Below, in pieces: positions 47,028 through 58,015 of a DNA stretch of 64,000 nucleotides; within the stretch, counting starts at the first letter, position 1, and the number at the start of each line of letters is the position of its first letter. The notes beneath the pieces are model-generated. The model saw nothing but the letters and a program-made list of their open reading frames with translations. It did no database searches and was not told where the DNA came from. This DNA comes from an uncultured Gemmatimonadaceae bacterium. GTDB taxonomy: Bacteria; Gemmatimonadota; Gemmatimonadetes; Gemmatimonadales; Gemmatimonadaceae. The stretch spans positions 384,001 through 448,000 of the forward strand of contig CAVXGK010000001.1 in assembly GCA_963761305.1 (NCBI GenBank), written 5' to 3'. The translations under genes were made by a program, and so were the position numbers.

Positions 47028-49043
47028 ATGCGGATGGTCCTCGCACTTGTGCTCGAGGTCGCGACCGTGGGTTCGGCCGCGGCCCAGCAACAGCCCTCGT
47101 TACAACCGCTGGGCTACTCCAGCACCTGGATCGAGCCCACTGCACCCCAGCACATAGTCGGACCGATCTATTATGTCGGGACCCGTGGGCTCGCCGCATA
47201 TCTCATCACGACGCCGGCCGGCCACATCCTGATCGACGGCGCGCTGCCGCAGTCGGCGGCGGACGTGGCCGCATCGATTCGACAAGCGGGATTCAAACCC
47301 GAAGACATCCGCTGGCTGCTCATCACCCACGCGCGCATCGACGACGCGGGGACGCTGTCGTACTTCAAGGAACTGTCGCACGCGCACGTGGCGGTGATGG
47401 CGGGCGATACAGGTCTCGTCGCGTCGGGCGGGAAGACGGATCTCATCTACGGCACGCAGAGCTCGTTCTACTTCCCGCCCGTCACCGTCGATCGCGTGCT
47501 GCGCGATCGCGACACTGTCTCGCTCGGCAACGTGCGCCTCACGGCTCGGCTCACCGCCGGCTACACGCGCGGCGCGACGACGTGGACCATGACGGTGGGC
47601 GACAGCGGACAGACGTACAACGTCGTGTTCCCTTGCTGCACGCAGGTCGACGCGGCGTCTCGCCTCATGGACCAGCCGACGTATCCAGAGATCACCGACG
47701 ACTATCTGCACACGTTCGCGCTGCTCGACTCGCTCCAGCCGGACATCTGGCTCACGTCCCGAGCAGCCGCGTTCGACTTCGATCGCAAACGCCGAGTCGC
47801 CACGACCGAGGGTGTGGACGCGTGGATCGACCCCAACGGCTATGATCGATGGCTCGCCGGCGAAAAGGGTAAGTACGCCGCGCGCGTGCAGAAGGAGTTG
47901 CGAGCCGAAGCCGGCGGAACGCTCGCCGCGCCGGATCCCTTCTACGACCCGCCCGACTCGGTGCCGCCGCGGCCGGGCATGCTCATTCGCAGCGAAGTAT
48001 TGGCGAATCGTGATATCCCGCCGGGCACGCGGGTGTATCGGATTCTCTACACGACGACGCTCAACGACACGATGCCGGCCGTGGCCAGCGCGACGGTCAT
48101 GGCCCCGCTCAACGCGTCATCCACACCTCGCCCGGTGATCTCGTGGGCGCACGGTTCAGTCGGCATCGCCCCCAAGTGCGCGCCGTCGCTCAGAAAGAAT
48201 CCGATCGACGACGTGCCCGGGCTCGACGAGGTCATCGCCCACGGTTGGGTGCTCGTCGCGCCGGACTACACGGGACTCGGCACTGTCGAACCGAATCCGT
48301 ATCTCATCGGCGAAGGCGAGGCACGCTCGGCGCTCGATGCGGTGCGCGCGGCGCGCCAGATGAGAGGTCTCACTCTCGACCCGCGAACGGTCGTGTGGGG
48401 ACACTCGCAGGGCGGACACGCCGCGCTGTGGGAAGGCATCATCGCGCCGCACTATGCGTCGAACGCGAACGTCATCGGCGTCATCGCCGACTCGCCGCCG
48501 ACCGACATGGGCGCGCTACTCACGATCCACCGCGGCGACCCGATCGAGGCGAGCGTCGGCAGCTTCGTCGCCACCGCATACTCGCGGTTCTATCCAGACG
48601 TCGTGTTCAACCAGATCGTTCGCGCGACCGGCCGCGAGATCGCCCACAAGATGGCCGCGCTCTGCTTCGACGACGACGGCATGCGCGCCGCGCAGCCGCT
48701 GCTCGAAGAGCTCGGCAGTACTCCGCTACTGGCGAACCCGGACAGCGACGGCCTCGGCAACCGCCTGCGCCAAAACGATCCGCGCGGACTCATCACGGTG
48801 CCGCTGTTGATCGTGCAGGGACTGTCGGATCAGATGGTGAGTCCGGAGATCACGAGCCGATACGTCGAAGAGCGATGCCTGGCCGGGCAGAACCTCGAGT
48901 ATCTGACGTTCGTCGGGCTCGATCACTTGACGATCGACGGAGCCGGAACGGCGGTAGGGCCGACGCTCGTGCGATGGACGCAGGATCGGTTGGAGGGCAA
49001 GATGCAGAAGCCGGGGTGCGATCGGAAGACGATCGGGCGATAG
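47028..49043 (+). CDS. Fusion of a B3 metallo-beta-lactamase-like domain (ligands lost) and a secretory lipase alpha/beta hydrolase
   Basis: IYYVGTRGLAAYLITTPAGHILIDG, THARIDDAG; lipase AHGSVG, PDYTGLG, GHSQGG, QGLSDQMV, LDH. Confidence 0.85.
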   Translation: MRMVLALVLEVATVGSAAAQQQPSLQPLGYSSTWIEPTAPQHIVGPIYYVGTRGLAAYLITTPAGHILIDGALPQSAADVAASIRQAGFKPEDIRWLLITHARIDDAGTLSYFKELSHAHVAVMAGDTGLVASGGKTDLIYGTQSSFYFPPVTVDRVLRDRDTVSLGNVRLTARLTAGYTRGATTWTMTVGDSGQTYNVVFPCCTQVDAASRLMDQPTYPEITDDYLHTFALLDSLQPDIWLTSRAAAFDFDRKRRVATTEGVDAWIDPNGYDRWLAGEKGKYAARVQKELRAEAGGTLAAPDPFYDPPDSVPPRPGMLIRSEVLANRDIPPGTRVYRILYTTTLNDTMPAVASATVMAPLNASSTPRPVISWAHGSVGIAPKCAPSLRKNPIDDVPGLDEVIAHGWVLVAPDYTGLGTVEPNPYLIGEGEARSALDAVRAARQMRGLTLDPRTVVWGHSQGGHAALWEGIIAPHYASNANVIGVIADSPPTDMGALLTIHRGDPIEASVGSFVATAYSRFYPDVVFNQIVRATGREIAHKMAALCFDDDGMRAAQPLLEELGSTPLLANPDSDGLGNRLRQNDPRGLITVPLLIVQGLSDQMVSPEITSRYVEERCLAGQNLEYLTFVGLDHLTIDGAGTAVGPTLVRWTQDRLEGKMQKPGCDRKTIGR

Positions 49044-49054
49044 CGCCACTGCGG

Positions 49055-50200
49055 TTACAGGTGACTTCCTTCTTTATAGAAGGGCATCTTGACCACTGTT
49101 GCCGGAACTCGCTTGCCGCGTATCTCGACCTCGAATCCAGTTCCCTCTTTGGCGAGCGCGGTAGGGAGATAGCACGTTCCGATCGGAATCCCGAGCGTGG
49201 GGCTCATGGTGCCGCTGCACACGTTGCCGCTCGCGGCGCCCTCGGCGAACACGGCGTATCCGTGCCGCGCGATGTTGCGGTCGCCGAGTGTGAATCCCAT
49301 CAGCTTCTTTGAAAGCCCCTCGGCCTTTTGCCGATTGAGCACGTCGCTGCCGACGAACTCGCCTTTCTTGAGCTTCACCAGCCAGCCGAGATTTGCCTCG
49401 AGCGGTGTGACCGTGTCGTCGATGTCGTTGCCGTAGAGCGCCATTCCCATCTCGAGGCGCAGCGTATCGCGCGCGCCGAGTCCGGCGGGGGTTATGTCGC
49501 CGGCGGCCATGAGGGCGTCCCAGAGACGCGTCGAGTATTGCACGTCGTGGTACAGCTCGAATCCGTCTTCGCCGGTGTAGCCGGTGCGCGAGACGATCAT
49601 CGGCATGCCGGAGACTTTGCCTTCGGCGAAGTGGTAGTAGCCGATCGCCGAGAGATCGACGTCGGTGAGCGGCTGGAGAATTGACGCGGCGGCGGGGCCT
49701 TGAAGGGCGAGCAATCCCATCTGGTCGCTGACGTCTTCCAACTGAACGCCGAATCGCGCGGCGTGACGGGAGATGTGCGCGAAGTCCTTGGCGACGTTGG
49801 ACGCGTTCACGACCATCATCACGCGGTCGGCGAAACGGTAGACGAGGCAGTCGTCTTCGATCGTGCCGCGGTCGTTGAGGATGGTGGAGTAGTGCACCTG
49901 GCCGATCGTGAGCGCGGCGACGTCGTTCGTCGTTACATAGTTGACGAAATCGACTGCCGAGGAACCGGGTCCTCGGATAATGAATTCACCCATGTGCGAG
50001 ACGTCGAATAGTCCGCAGCGTTCGCGGACGGCCTTGTGTTCGACGGTGATGCCGGCGGGATACTGCACCGGCATCTCGTAGCCCGCGAAGGGGACGATCT
50101 TCGCGCCCAGGGCGACGTGTTTTTCGTAGAAGGGCGTGCGCTTGAGCACGCCGGGCTCGGCGTCGTGCGAGGCCGTGGGTGAAGGGGCTGATGTCGTCAT
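49055..50200 (-). CDS. gcvT: Glycine cleavage system aminomethyltransferase
   Basis: FAGYEMPVQY, FDVSHMGE, SRTGYTGEDGFE, GLGARDTLRLEMG. Confidence 0.97.
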   Translation of the reverse strand: MTTSAPSPTASHDAEPGVLKRTPFYEKHVALGAKIVPFAGYEMPVQYPAGITVEHKAVRERCGLFDVSHMGEFIIRGPGSSAVDFVNYVTTNDVAALTIGQVHYSTILNDRGTIEDDCLVYRFADRVMMVVNASNVAKDFAHISRHAARFGVQLEDVSDQMGLLALQGPAAASILQPLTDVDLSAIGYYHFAEGKVSGMPMIVSRTGYTGEDGFELYHDVQYSTRLWDALMAAGDITPAGLGARDTLRLEMGMALYGNDIDDTVTPLEANLGWLVKLKKGEFVGSDVLNRQKAEGLSKKLMGFTLGDRNIARHGYAVFAEGAASGNVCSGTMSPTLGIPIGTCYLPTALAKEGTGFEVEIRGKRVPATVVKMPFYKEGSHL

Positions 50201-50351
50201 GAGGGGAATATGGGGCGGGCGTGTCCCCGGGTGAAGGTTGTGGCGGACCGGCGCGGAACAGTCGCAAGACGGCCCGCCGACAACTGTAAGAATCGTGTCC
50301 GGGAACCGGCGATCGGAAAACTTTTTCGGCTCGTCCCCCGTCTAAGCCTCA

Positions 50352-53081
50352 ATGCGACGACTCCTCCTCATTTCGCCGCTCTTTTTTGCGGCCTCGATCG
50401 CCTCGGCCCAGGCGACGATCTCCGCCCAAGCCCCCGCCGAAACGCTCGCCTACGGGCACAAGGTGCCGGTCCCCATGGCGGTCGCCGTGAAGCGGAACGG
50501 GCCGGTGGTCCTCGACGGCAAGCTGGACGAAACGGCGTGGCAGGCGGCGACGCCGATCACCGAGTTCCGCCAGATCGACCCGAACGAAGGCGAGAAAGCG
50601 TCGCAGCGCACGGAAGTGCGCTTTCTGTTCGACGACGATGCGCTCTACGTCGGCGCCAAGATGTACGACACCGAGGGCGGCAAAGGCGTCATGACGCGCC
50701 TCGTGCGGCGCGACGCGACATTCGACTCGGACTACCTCGAGCTGGTGATCGACAGCTATCACGATCATTTGAGCCGAGCATTCTTTGATTTGAATCCGTC
50801 GGGGTCGAAGGGCGACAATATCGGGATCGGGACGTCGTGCTGTGACGCGTCGTGGGATCCTATATGGGAAGGCGTGACCCACATCGACGAAGACGGCTGG
50901 ACGGCGGAGATTCGCATTCCGTACAGCCAACTGCGCTTTCCACGGGCCGAGCTGCAGACGTGGGGGTTGCAGGTGCGGCGCTTCATCAAGCGCAACAACG
51001 AGCAGGATCAGTGGTCGTGGTGGGGCAAGACCGACGCCGGCGGTCCGCCGCGGTTCGGGCATCTCACCGGCATGCAGATCCCCGCATCCACTGGACACCT
51101 CGAGCTGCTGCCCTACGTCGTGACCAAGTCGTCGGCCGTCGCGACGGCGTCGGGCGATCCGTTCGACACGCACGGCCGTCCGACGCTGCGGGCGGGGCTC
51201 GACCTCAAGGATCGTTTGACGTCGAACCTCACACTCGACGCGACCTTCAATCCGGATTTCGGGCAGGTCGAGGTCGATCCGGCGGTGCTCAACCTGTCGG
51301 CGTTCGAGACGTTCTACCAGGAGAAGCGCCCGTTCTTCGTCGAGGGCTCGCAGGTGTTCGACTTCGGCAGCGCGGGTTGCAATTTCTGTAGCAACGCCGA
51401 GTTCATGAGCGCGTTCTATTCACGCCGCGTGGGACGCGCGCCGACGGGCGCGTCGCTGGCCACCGACCCAAACCTCTACGCCGACGTTCCTGACGCCACC
51501 ACCATACTCGGCGCGGGCAAGATCACCGGACGAACGTCGAGCGGATACACGATCGGTCTGCTCGATGCGCTCACGGGTCAGGCGAACGCACGGATCGAGA
51601 CGTTGACGGGCGCGCGAGGCAAGCAGGAAGTCGAGCCGCTGGCGAACTACTTCGTGGCCCGCGTCAAGCACGACTACGACGACGGGAATCTCGTCGTCGG
51701 CGCTGTGGCGAGCGGCATTCAGCGCAACATCGACACGACCTTCGCGCCGCTTCTCGCGCGCCACGCCGAGATGTACGGCAACGACATTTATTACACGTGG
51801 AAGCAGCAGATGTACGCGTTCCAGGCGTCGGCCGCGGTGACGAACGTGTCGGGGACGCCGCAGGAGATTCTGCTGCGCGAGGAGTCGAGCGCGCGGTATC
51901 TGCAACGGCCGGATCGCGGCGCGGGGTCCGGCGGGTTCCTGTCCAATCGACTCGATTCGAGCGCCACGTCGATGGGCGGAGCCGGCGCCTATGCGCGCGT
52001 GTCGAAGCAGACCGGCGATTGGTTCGGCGAGCTTCAGACCAACATCCGCACGCCCGGCTACGAGACCAACGACTACGCGTTCCAGCAGCGCGCCGACTAC
52101 ATCTGGTTCAACGGCAATATCGGCCACATGTGGACGAAGCCGACGAACTGGTATCGTCAGATCGTCACGATCGCCGGCGGGCAGGACCAACACAACTTCG
52201 AGGGCGATCGTACGCAGCAGCAACTGCACGCGTACTGGTCGGAGACGACGCCACAGTTCTGGAACGTGACGGTCTTCGGGATCCACCGACCGGCGGTGTT
52301 GGACGACAAGGCATTGCGAGGCGGACCGGATGTGCTCGACCCGCGCGCCGAGTACGCCGAGCTCGACGTCTCGAGCGACTCGCGCACGAAGCTGATCGGT
52401 AACGCGAGCATCAGCCGCTACTCCGACGCGGGCGGGACCCTGACGCCAGCAATGTCGCTGAGCGCGACGTACAGGCCCGCGTCGAACATCAGCATGTCGC
52501 TCGGCCCCTCATGGAATCCCGCACGCACGCCGACGCAATACGTGCAGGCGATCGCTGACACGACGGCGAAAGCGTTTTATGGAACGAGATACGTTGTCTC
52601 GTCTCTGCGGCAGCGGACGCTCGCTCTCGACACACGATTGAACGTGACGTTCTCGCCGACGATGACACTCGAGCTGTACATGCAACCGTTCTTCGCGGCC
52701 GGACATTACTACGACTTCAAGGAGTACGTCGGGCCGCGCACCGACATCACCGCGACCTACGGCCGAGACCGAGGCACGATCGCGGCGACGCGAGATGCGA
52801 CCGGAACGATCTCGACCTATACCATAGATCCGGACGGCACCGGGCCGGCCGCGCCGTTCACGATCGGCAATCCCGATTTCACCGAACAGTCGCTGCGCGG
52901 CAACGCTGTGTTCCGGTGGGAATATCGGCCGGGCTCCGTGCTGTACGTGGCGTGGACGCAGTCGCGGCTCAACGACACGGCGTTCGGCGATCTGGAGTTC
53001 GAGCGCGACCGGAGCGCGCTGCTCGCCACTCGGCCTGACAACATCCTGCTCGTCAAAGCCAGTTGGTGGTTGCCGAGGTAA
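50352..53081 (+). CDS. CBM9-like + DUF5916 outer-membrane protein
   Basis: LDGKLDETAW, WTAEIRIPYSQLRF, TFNPDFGQVEVD, QEKRPFFVEG, RWEYRPGS, C-terminal KASWW. Confidence 0.88.
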   Translation: MRRLLLISPLFFAASIASAQATISAQAPAETLAYGHKVPVPMAVAVKRNGPVVLDGKLDETAWQAATPITEFRQIDPNEGEKASQRTEVRFLFDDDALYVGAKMYDTEGGKGVMTRLVRRDATFDSDYLELVIDSYHDHLSRAFFDLNPSGSKGDNIGIGTSCCDASWDPIWEGVTHIDEDGWTAEIRIPYSQLRFPRAELQTWGLQVRRFIKRNNEQDQWSWWGKTDAGGPPRFGHLTGMQIPASTGHLELLPYVVTKSSAVATASGDPFDTHGRPTLRAGLDLKDRLTSNLTLDATFNPDFGQVEVDPAVLNLSAFETFYQEKRPFFVEGSQVFDFGSAGCNFCSNAEFMSAFYSRRVGRAPTGASLATDPNLYADVPDATTILGAGKITGRTSSGYTIGLLDALTGQANARIETLTGARGKQEVEPLANYFVARVKHDYDDGNLVVGAVASGIQRNIDTTFAPLLARHAEMYGNDIYYTWKQQMYAFQASAAVTNVSGTPQEILLREESSARYLQRPDRGAGSGGFLSNRLDSSATSMGGAGAYARVSKQTGDWFGELQTNIRTPGYETNDYAFQQRADYIWFNGNIGHMWTKPTNWYRQIVTIAGGQDQHNFEGDRTQQQLHAYWSETTPQFWNVTVFGIHRPAVLDDKALRGGPDVLDPRAEYAELDVSSDSRTKLIGNASISRYSDAGGTLTPAMSLSATYRPASNISMSLGPSWNPARTPTQYVQAIADTTAKAFYGTRYVVSSLRQRTLALDTRLNVTFSPTMTLELYMQPFFAAGHYYDFKEYVGPRTDITATYGRDRGTIAATRDATGTISTYTIDPDGTGPAAPFTIGNPDFTEQSLRGNAVFRWEYRPGSVLYVAWTQSRLNDTAFGDLEFERDRSALLATRPDNILLVKASWWLPR

Positions 53082-53115
53082 ATCGCCGGCTCTCGGGACT
53101 CGGCGAATCTACGCG

Positions 53116-54429
53116 TCAACGCAGAAAACGAATTGCCGCGACCAAGTCTCCCGAATCGAACGGCTTGCAGAGAAACGCGTTGCAGCCGGCGTCGATGGCG
53201 GCCGTTCGGGTGCCCGGCGTCGCGTCGGCGCTGATCGCGATCACCGGCACGCGACTACCGGCGGCACGGATCGAGCGCGTGGCGTCCAGGCCGTTCATTG
53301 ACGGCATGAGCAGGTCCATCACGACGACATCGAACTTGGATTGCTCCGCCAGCGCGATGGCCTCGCGCCCATTGGCCGCATATTGGAGGTGAGCGCCCTC
53401 GAGTCCCAGCGCGCGACCGATCGCCACCCGCAAATCGGCGTGGTCCTCGGCAAGAAGAACCTGGAGACCGACGAGGGTTGGCGCCGCGGCCGGCACGCGA
53501 TCCGAGTCGCGGGAAGACGCGCGATTCTCCTCCGCGACTCGCGCGACAGGCGCGCCGATCGTGATCCTGAACGTCGTGCCGCGGCCAACTTCGCTCGCGA
53601 CCAGCTCGAGGGAACCGCCCAATTGCTCGGCAAGCCGGCGAGAGAGGGCGAGGCCGAGTCCCGTTCCGCCGTGCACCCGCGCCACCGCGTCCGCCTGACC
53701 GAACGGCTCGAACAGGCTCGCTATCTGATCGGGCGGGATACCGATGCCTGTATCCGCCACGTCGATCCTCAGACGCTCGCCGTCGGCCGCATGATGAATC
53801 CCCAGCGAGATTCGAATTTCACCGGACGACGTAAACTTCACGGCGTTGGCGATCACGTTCACAAGAATCTGACGCAGTCGCAACCGGTCCGTCGAAATCA
53901 TCGTCGACGACCCCATCTCGAACTCGATCCGGACGGCGACTCCTTTCGCGCGAGCGTCCTGCTCGAGGCTTCGGACGACTTCCTGCACGAGCTCCAGCGG
54001 CGAGACGGGCTCGCGCGTGAGCACGATCCGGTCCGCCTCGATGCGCGAGAGATCGAGCACGTTGGCGACGAGTGAGAGCAGCGCCTGGCAATTTGCGCGG
54101 AGCCTCGACATGAGGTCGGCACGGTCGGCGTCGCTGAGACGATCGTGGACGAGCAAGTCGGCGATGCCGAGGATGGATGCGATCGGCGTGCGAATCTCGT
54201 GGCTCGCCGTGCGCAGAAAGGCCGTCTTGGCCTGGCTCGCGCGCGCGTTCGCCCAGCGGAGCTCGTCCGCCAGGACGTTGATGCCATAGGCGATCGCGTC
54301 CAACTCGTCGCGTGACGGCGAGAGCGGGATCATCTCCGTCTCGTCGCCCGCGGCCATCCGCTCCAATCGCTCCAACAGCGCCGGGAGTCGTCGTGCGTCG
54401 AGCACCGGCGTCGGCCTCGAACCGATCAA
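53116..54429 (-). CDS. Hybrid histidine kinase / receiver with short HAMP-like N-terminus
   Basis: SHEIRTP, NVIANAVKFT, DTGIGI, GGTGLGL; receiver LLAED..MDLLMP..KP. Confidence 0.92.
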   Translation of the reverse strand: MIGSRPTPVLDARRLPALLERLERMAAGDETEMIPLSPSRDELDAIAYGINVLADELRWANARASQAKTAFLRTASHEIRTPIASILGIADLLVHDRLSDADRADLMSRLRANCQALLSLVANVLDLSRIEADRIVLTREPVSPLELVQEVVRSLEQDARAKGVAVRIEFEMGSSTMISTDRLRLRQILVNVIANAVKFTSSGEIRISLGIHHAADGERLRIDVADTGIGIPPDQIASLFEPFGQADAVARVHGGTGLGLALSRRLAEQLGGSLELVASEVGRGTTFRITIGAPVARVAEENRASSRDSDRVPAAAPTLVGLQVLLAEDHADLRVAIGRALGLEGAHLQYAANGREAIALAEQSKFDVVVMDLLMPSMNGLDATRSIRAAGSRVPVIAISADATPGTRTAAIDAGCNAFLCKPFDSGDLVAAIRFLR

Positions 54430-54803
54430 GCGATATGCTCCCTCAACCAGCGTGTCGCCTCGTCGGCGTTGGTGAACAGTCGCGTCGGGATGCCAGCGCG
54501 GGCCACGCGAAAATAGACGTTCCCCATCATCCGGCCAAGGGGAGTCGCGTCGACGAGAAGGCCGAGTGCGGTGAATCCATCGACCAGGACCTGGCCCGAA
54601 TAGTAGTGTCGCACTTGCGCGTCGAGCGGTTGGCCGCCGCGAATGTCGATGAGGAGCGGCCTCCGTTGTCCTCCGCGCGTCGCCAGCGCGGCCGCCAGGT
54701 TTTCCTTCGCGTTGTCGAGCGTCTGTTTCGCCGTCGGCTGAATCCAGACCGTGAGCACGCCGTCGTCGCCAAGCGCCACACGTGCCGTCTTCGTTTCACG
54801 CAT
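54426..54803 (-). CDS. Small STAS/SEC14-like protein
   Basis: AKENL..PLLIDIR..VRHYY..RMMGNVYF..PTRLFTNADEATRWL; ATGA overlap with the kinase. Confidence 0.7.
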   Translation of the reverse strand: MRETKTARVALGDDGVLTVWIQPTAKQTLDNAKENLAAALATRGGQRRPLLIDIRGGQPLDAQVRHYYSGQVLVDGFTALGLLVDATPLGRMMGNVYFRVARAGIPTRLFTNADEATRWLREHIA

Positions 54804-54985
54804 CCGATCGATGCTTGATTCAGTGAGAGTGGTGGGGGCCAGCGGGGGAGGAGGACCAGCTCGCGTCCAAATAGACAACGGCCATGCGGCGCCCGAAAGA
54901 AGCGGCGACGTCGGCACCGTCAGCCGCCAATGTTGCGTCGGCCTGTTCAGGCCGCCACACTTCAGGCGTCCCCCTCTCCCACAAA

Positions 54986-57580
54986 ATGCGACTTCGACTT
55001 CTCTTGGCCGCCGCGGCCCTCGCCGCAGCGTGCAGCAAGCCCGCGCCGGCCCCAGCGCCAACCCCGGCGCCGACCCAGCCGACCAATCCGAACGCCGGCC
55101 GCGGCGGTCCGCCGCCCGGCAATCCGCAATTGCCGGGCGGCCTGCCGGCAGGCTTGGATAGCCTCGCCGGCCGCGGCGGAATCACGCCGCCGACTCCCGC
55201 GCCGCGGCCGTACAATCGCGTGATCACGGCCGAGGCGAAGACGCGGGTGGGGATGTTCAAGGTGCACAGAGTTGGCGATCGGCTGTATTTCGAGATTCCT
55301 AAAAAGGAGCTCGACAAGGACGAGCTGGTCGTCGGCCGTCTGGCGCGGGCAGCGGCGGGGAATCAGACGCCGGGACCGGGCAATCCGGGCTTCGGCGACT
55401 ACGCCGGCGACGAGTTCGGGTCGCGGACGTTGCGTTGGGATCGCGCCAGCAATCGCGTCATTCTTCGCTCGCCGTCGTACGCGATCAGCGCCGACACCGG
55501 CGCGGCGGTGTTTCGCTCGGTGCAGAACTCGAACTACGCGCCGATCATCGCGACGTTCAACGTCGAGGCGTACGGGCCGGACAGCGCGCCGGTCATCGAC
55601 GTCACACGACTCTTCACGACGAGCATTCCTGAGTTCGCGGCGATTCGCGGTGCGCTCGACCCGACGCGCTCGTACGTCGAGCGCGACATCGCGTTCCCGG
55701 ACAACATCGAGATCGAAGCCACGCAGACCGGTACGCCCACCCCCACGCCGACGCTCGGCGCTCCGGTCATCCTCGGCATCGCCCCGCGTCCGGCGCAGAG
55801 CGTGATCGCGCACTGGAGCATCGTGCGTCTGCCCGAGCATCCGATGAAGCCGCGCTACGCCGACGAACGCACCGGATTCTTCACCGTCGGCACGGTGGAC
55901 TTCAGCACGAGCGACCAGGTCGCGAAGCGCAAGCGATACATCACGCGCTGGCGGCTCGAATGCTCGGACCGCAAGCAGGGCAATCTCTGCTATCCGAAAC
56001 AGCCGATCGTCTATTACGTCGATCCGGATACGCCAGACGCGTGGAAGCCGTGGATTCGGAAGGCGATTCTCGACTGGCAGCCGGCGTTCGAGGCCGCGGG
56101 CTTCAAGGACGGCATCATTCCCGGCGACGTGCCGGCGAACGATCCGGATTGGTCGCCGGAAGACATCCGCCACACGATGGTGCGGTGGCTGCCGTCGACG
56201 GTCGAGAACTCGGTCGGTCCGAGCGTGCAGGATCCGCGCACGGGTGAGACACTCAATGGCTCGTCGATGATCTTCCACAATCTCATCGAGCTGATGGAGT
56301 TCTGGTATTTCACGCAGGCCTCACAGGTCGACGTGCGCGCCCGCACGATCCCCTTCCCCGACTCGCTCATGGGCAGGCTGCTCGAGTGGGGCGTGGCGCA
56401 CGAGATCGGCCACACGCTCGGCCTCCAGCACGACCAGATCGGCAGCTCGACGTATCCCGCCGACTCGATGCGGAGCCCGAGCTGGAACAAGGCGATGGGC
56501 CACAGTCCGAGCATCATGGACTACTCGCGCATGAACTACGTCGCGCAGCCCGAGGACCACGTCGCGCTCGACGACCTGCTCCCGCGCGTGGGCCCGTGGG
56601 ACAAGTATTCGATCATGTGGGGCTATAAGGAAATCTCGAACGCCCGCACGCCGGAAGACGAGCGCGCCACGCTGGAGAAGTGGTCGGACATGCAGGACTC
56701 GATTCCGTGGTACCGCTTCTCGGCCGGGAATCCGTTCGGCGGGTATGGGACGCTCAGCGAGGCGGTGGGTGACGGCGATCCGGTGAAGTCCACCGGGCTC
56801 GGGTTCAAGAACATCGCCCGCGTCATGAACTACGTCGCCAGCGCCGGTACGCGTCCGGGCGATGACAATACGCTGTTGCAGAATCTCTACGATCGCACGG
56901 TCGGGCAGTGGGCAACCGAGGCTGCCCATCCCGCGACGATGATCGGCGGCGGGACGGTCGTCTACAAGTCCGGAACGCAGAAGGGCAGCGTGTTCACGGC
57001 CATCTCCAAGCCGCGCCAGCAGGCGGCGATGCGATTCCTCAACGACAGTGTGTTCACGACGCCGACGTATCTGATTCGCCCCGACATCGCGGCGCGCATC
57101 GAACCGGGCGGGATGCTGACGCGCATCGGCAGCGCACAGAACCGCGTGCTCGCCCAGGTGCTCGTGGACCAACGGCTCAACTTCCTGCTCGACGGCGAGG
57201 CGACGGCCAAGAACCAGAGCGACGTCTACACGCTGGCCGACATGCTCGACGACCTGCAGCGAGGGATTTGGTCCGAGCTGTGGAATCCCGCGCCGAAGAT
57301 CGACCCGTACCGGCGCGCGCTGCAGGACAACTATTTGACGCAGATGAACGCCAAGCTGAATCCGTCAGCCGCGCAACTGGCGCAGATTCAGCAGCTTCAG
57401 GCGCTCGGGATCACGATCTCGCCGTTGGCGGAGGACGCGCGTTCGGAGATTCGGGGCGAGGTGGTGGCGCTGCGAGACAAAGTGCGCGCGGCCGAGGCGC
57501 GGACGACGGACCGCGAGACGAAGTTGCACCTGGCGGGGGTGGATCATCGGATTGGGGACATACTCGATCCCAGGCGATAG
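54986..57580 (+). CDS. Zn-dependent metalloprotease lipoprotein (DUF5117/DUF4953, EcxA-like)
   Basis: Lipobox [42 protein letters not shown]. Confidence 0.92.
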   Translation: MRLRLLLAAAALAAACSKPAPAPAPTPAPTQPTNPNAGRGGPPPGNPQLPGGLPAGLDSLAGRGGITPPTPAPRPYNRVITAEAKTRVGMFKVHRVGDRLYFEIPKKELDKDELVVGRLARAAAGNQTPGPGNPGFGDYAGDEFGSRTLRWDRASNRVILRSPSYAISADTGAAVFRSVQNSNYAPIIATFNVEAYGPDSAPVIDVTRLFTTSIPEFAAIRGALDPTRSYVERDIAFPDNIEIEATQTGTPTPTPTLGAPVILGIAPRPAQSVIAHWSIVRLPEHPMKPRYADERTGFFTVGTVDFSTSDQVAKRKRYITRWRLECSDRKQGNLCYPKQPIVYYVDPDTPDAWKPWIRKAILDWQPAFEAAGFKDGIIPGDVPANDPDWSPEDIRHTMVRWLPSTVENSVGPSVQDPRTGETLNGSSMIFHNLIELMEFWYFTQASQVDVRARTIPFPDSLMGRLLEWGVAHEIGHTLGLQHDQIGSSTYPADSMRSPSWNKAMGHSPSIMDYSRMNYVAQPEDHVALDDLLPRVGPWDKYSIMWGYKEISNARTPEDERATLEKWSDMQDSIPWYRFSAGNPFGGYGTLSEAVGDGDPVKSTGLGFKNIARVMNYVASAGTRPGDDNTLLQNLYDRTVGQWATEAAHPATMIGGGTVVYKSGTQKGSVFTAISKPRQQAAMRFLNDSVFTTPTYLIRPDIAARIEPGGMLTRIGSAQNRVLAQVLVDQRLNFLLDGEATAKNQSDVYTLADMLDDLQRGIWSELWNPAPKIDPYRRALQDNYLTQMNAKLNPSAAQLAQIQQLQALGITISPLAEDARSEIRGEVVALRDKVRAAEARTTDRETKLHLAGVDHRIGDILDPRR

Positions 57581-57605
57581 TCGAACAACTGACGGCGTAA
57601 CGGGT

Positions 57606-57984
57606 GAAGGGCGCAACGGCCGAAGGGCGCAACGGCCGAAGAGCGCAACGGCCGAAGAGCGCAACGGCCGAAGGGCGCGACGGCCAAAGAGCGCAACGGC
57701 CGAAGAGCGGTAACTTCGAGACGGCGGCAAGGGCGTAGCAACCGGCCGCCCGTGCCGTGGCGTCGGAGTCGCCGCCTCTTCGAGGTTGGCGTCGTTTGGC
57801 CGTTGCGCCGTTTGGCCGTTGCGCCGTTTGGCCGTTGCGCCGTTTGGCCGTTGCGCCGTTTGGCCGTTGCGCCGTTTGGCCGTTGCGCCGTTTGGCCGTT
57901 GCGCCGTTTGGCCGTTGCGCCGTTTGGCCGTTGCGCCGTTTGGCCGTTGCGCCGTTTGGCCGTTGCGCCGTTTGGCCGTTGCGC
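57606..57984. repeat. Inverted pair of 16-bp tandem arrays
   Basis: 6 x GAAGRGCGCAACGGCC (57606-57701, slightly variable) facing 12 perfect CGTTTGGCCGTTGCGC (57793-57984). Confidence 0.95.
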
Positions 57985-58015
57985 CGTTTGCCGTTAAAGC
58001 AGCTGATATATAATC

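Noticed and set aside
46983..47900. Functional beta-lactam resistance gene
   Set aside because: Four of the Zn-binding histidines are substituted
57606..57984. CRISPR array
   Set aside because: Units are contiguous 16-mers with no unique spacers, and no cas genes are present
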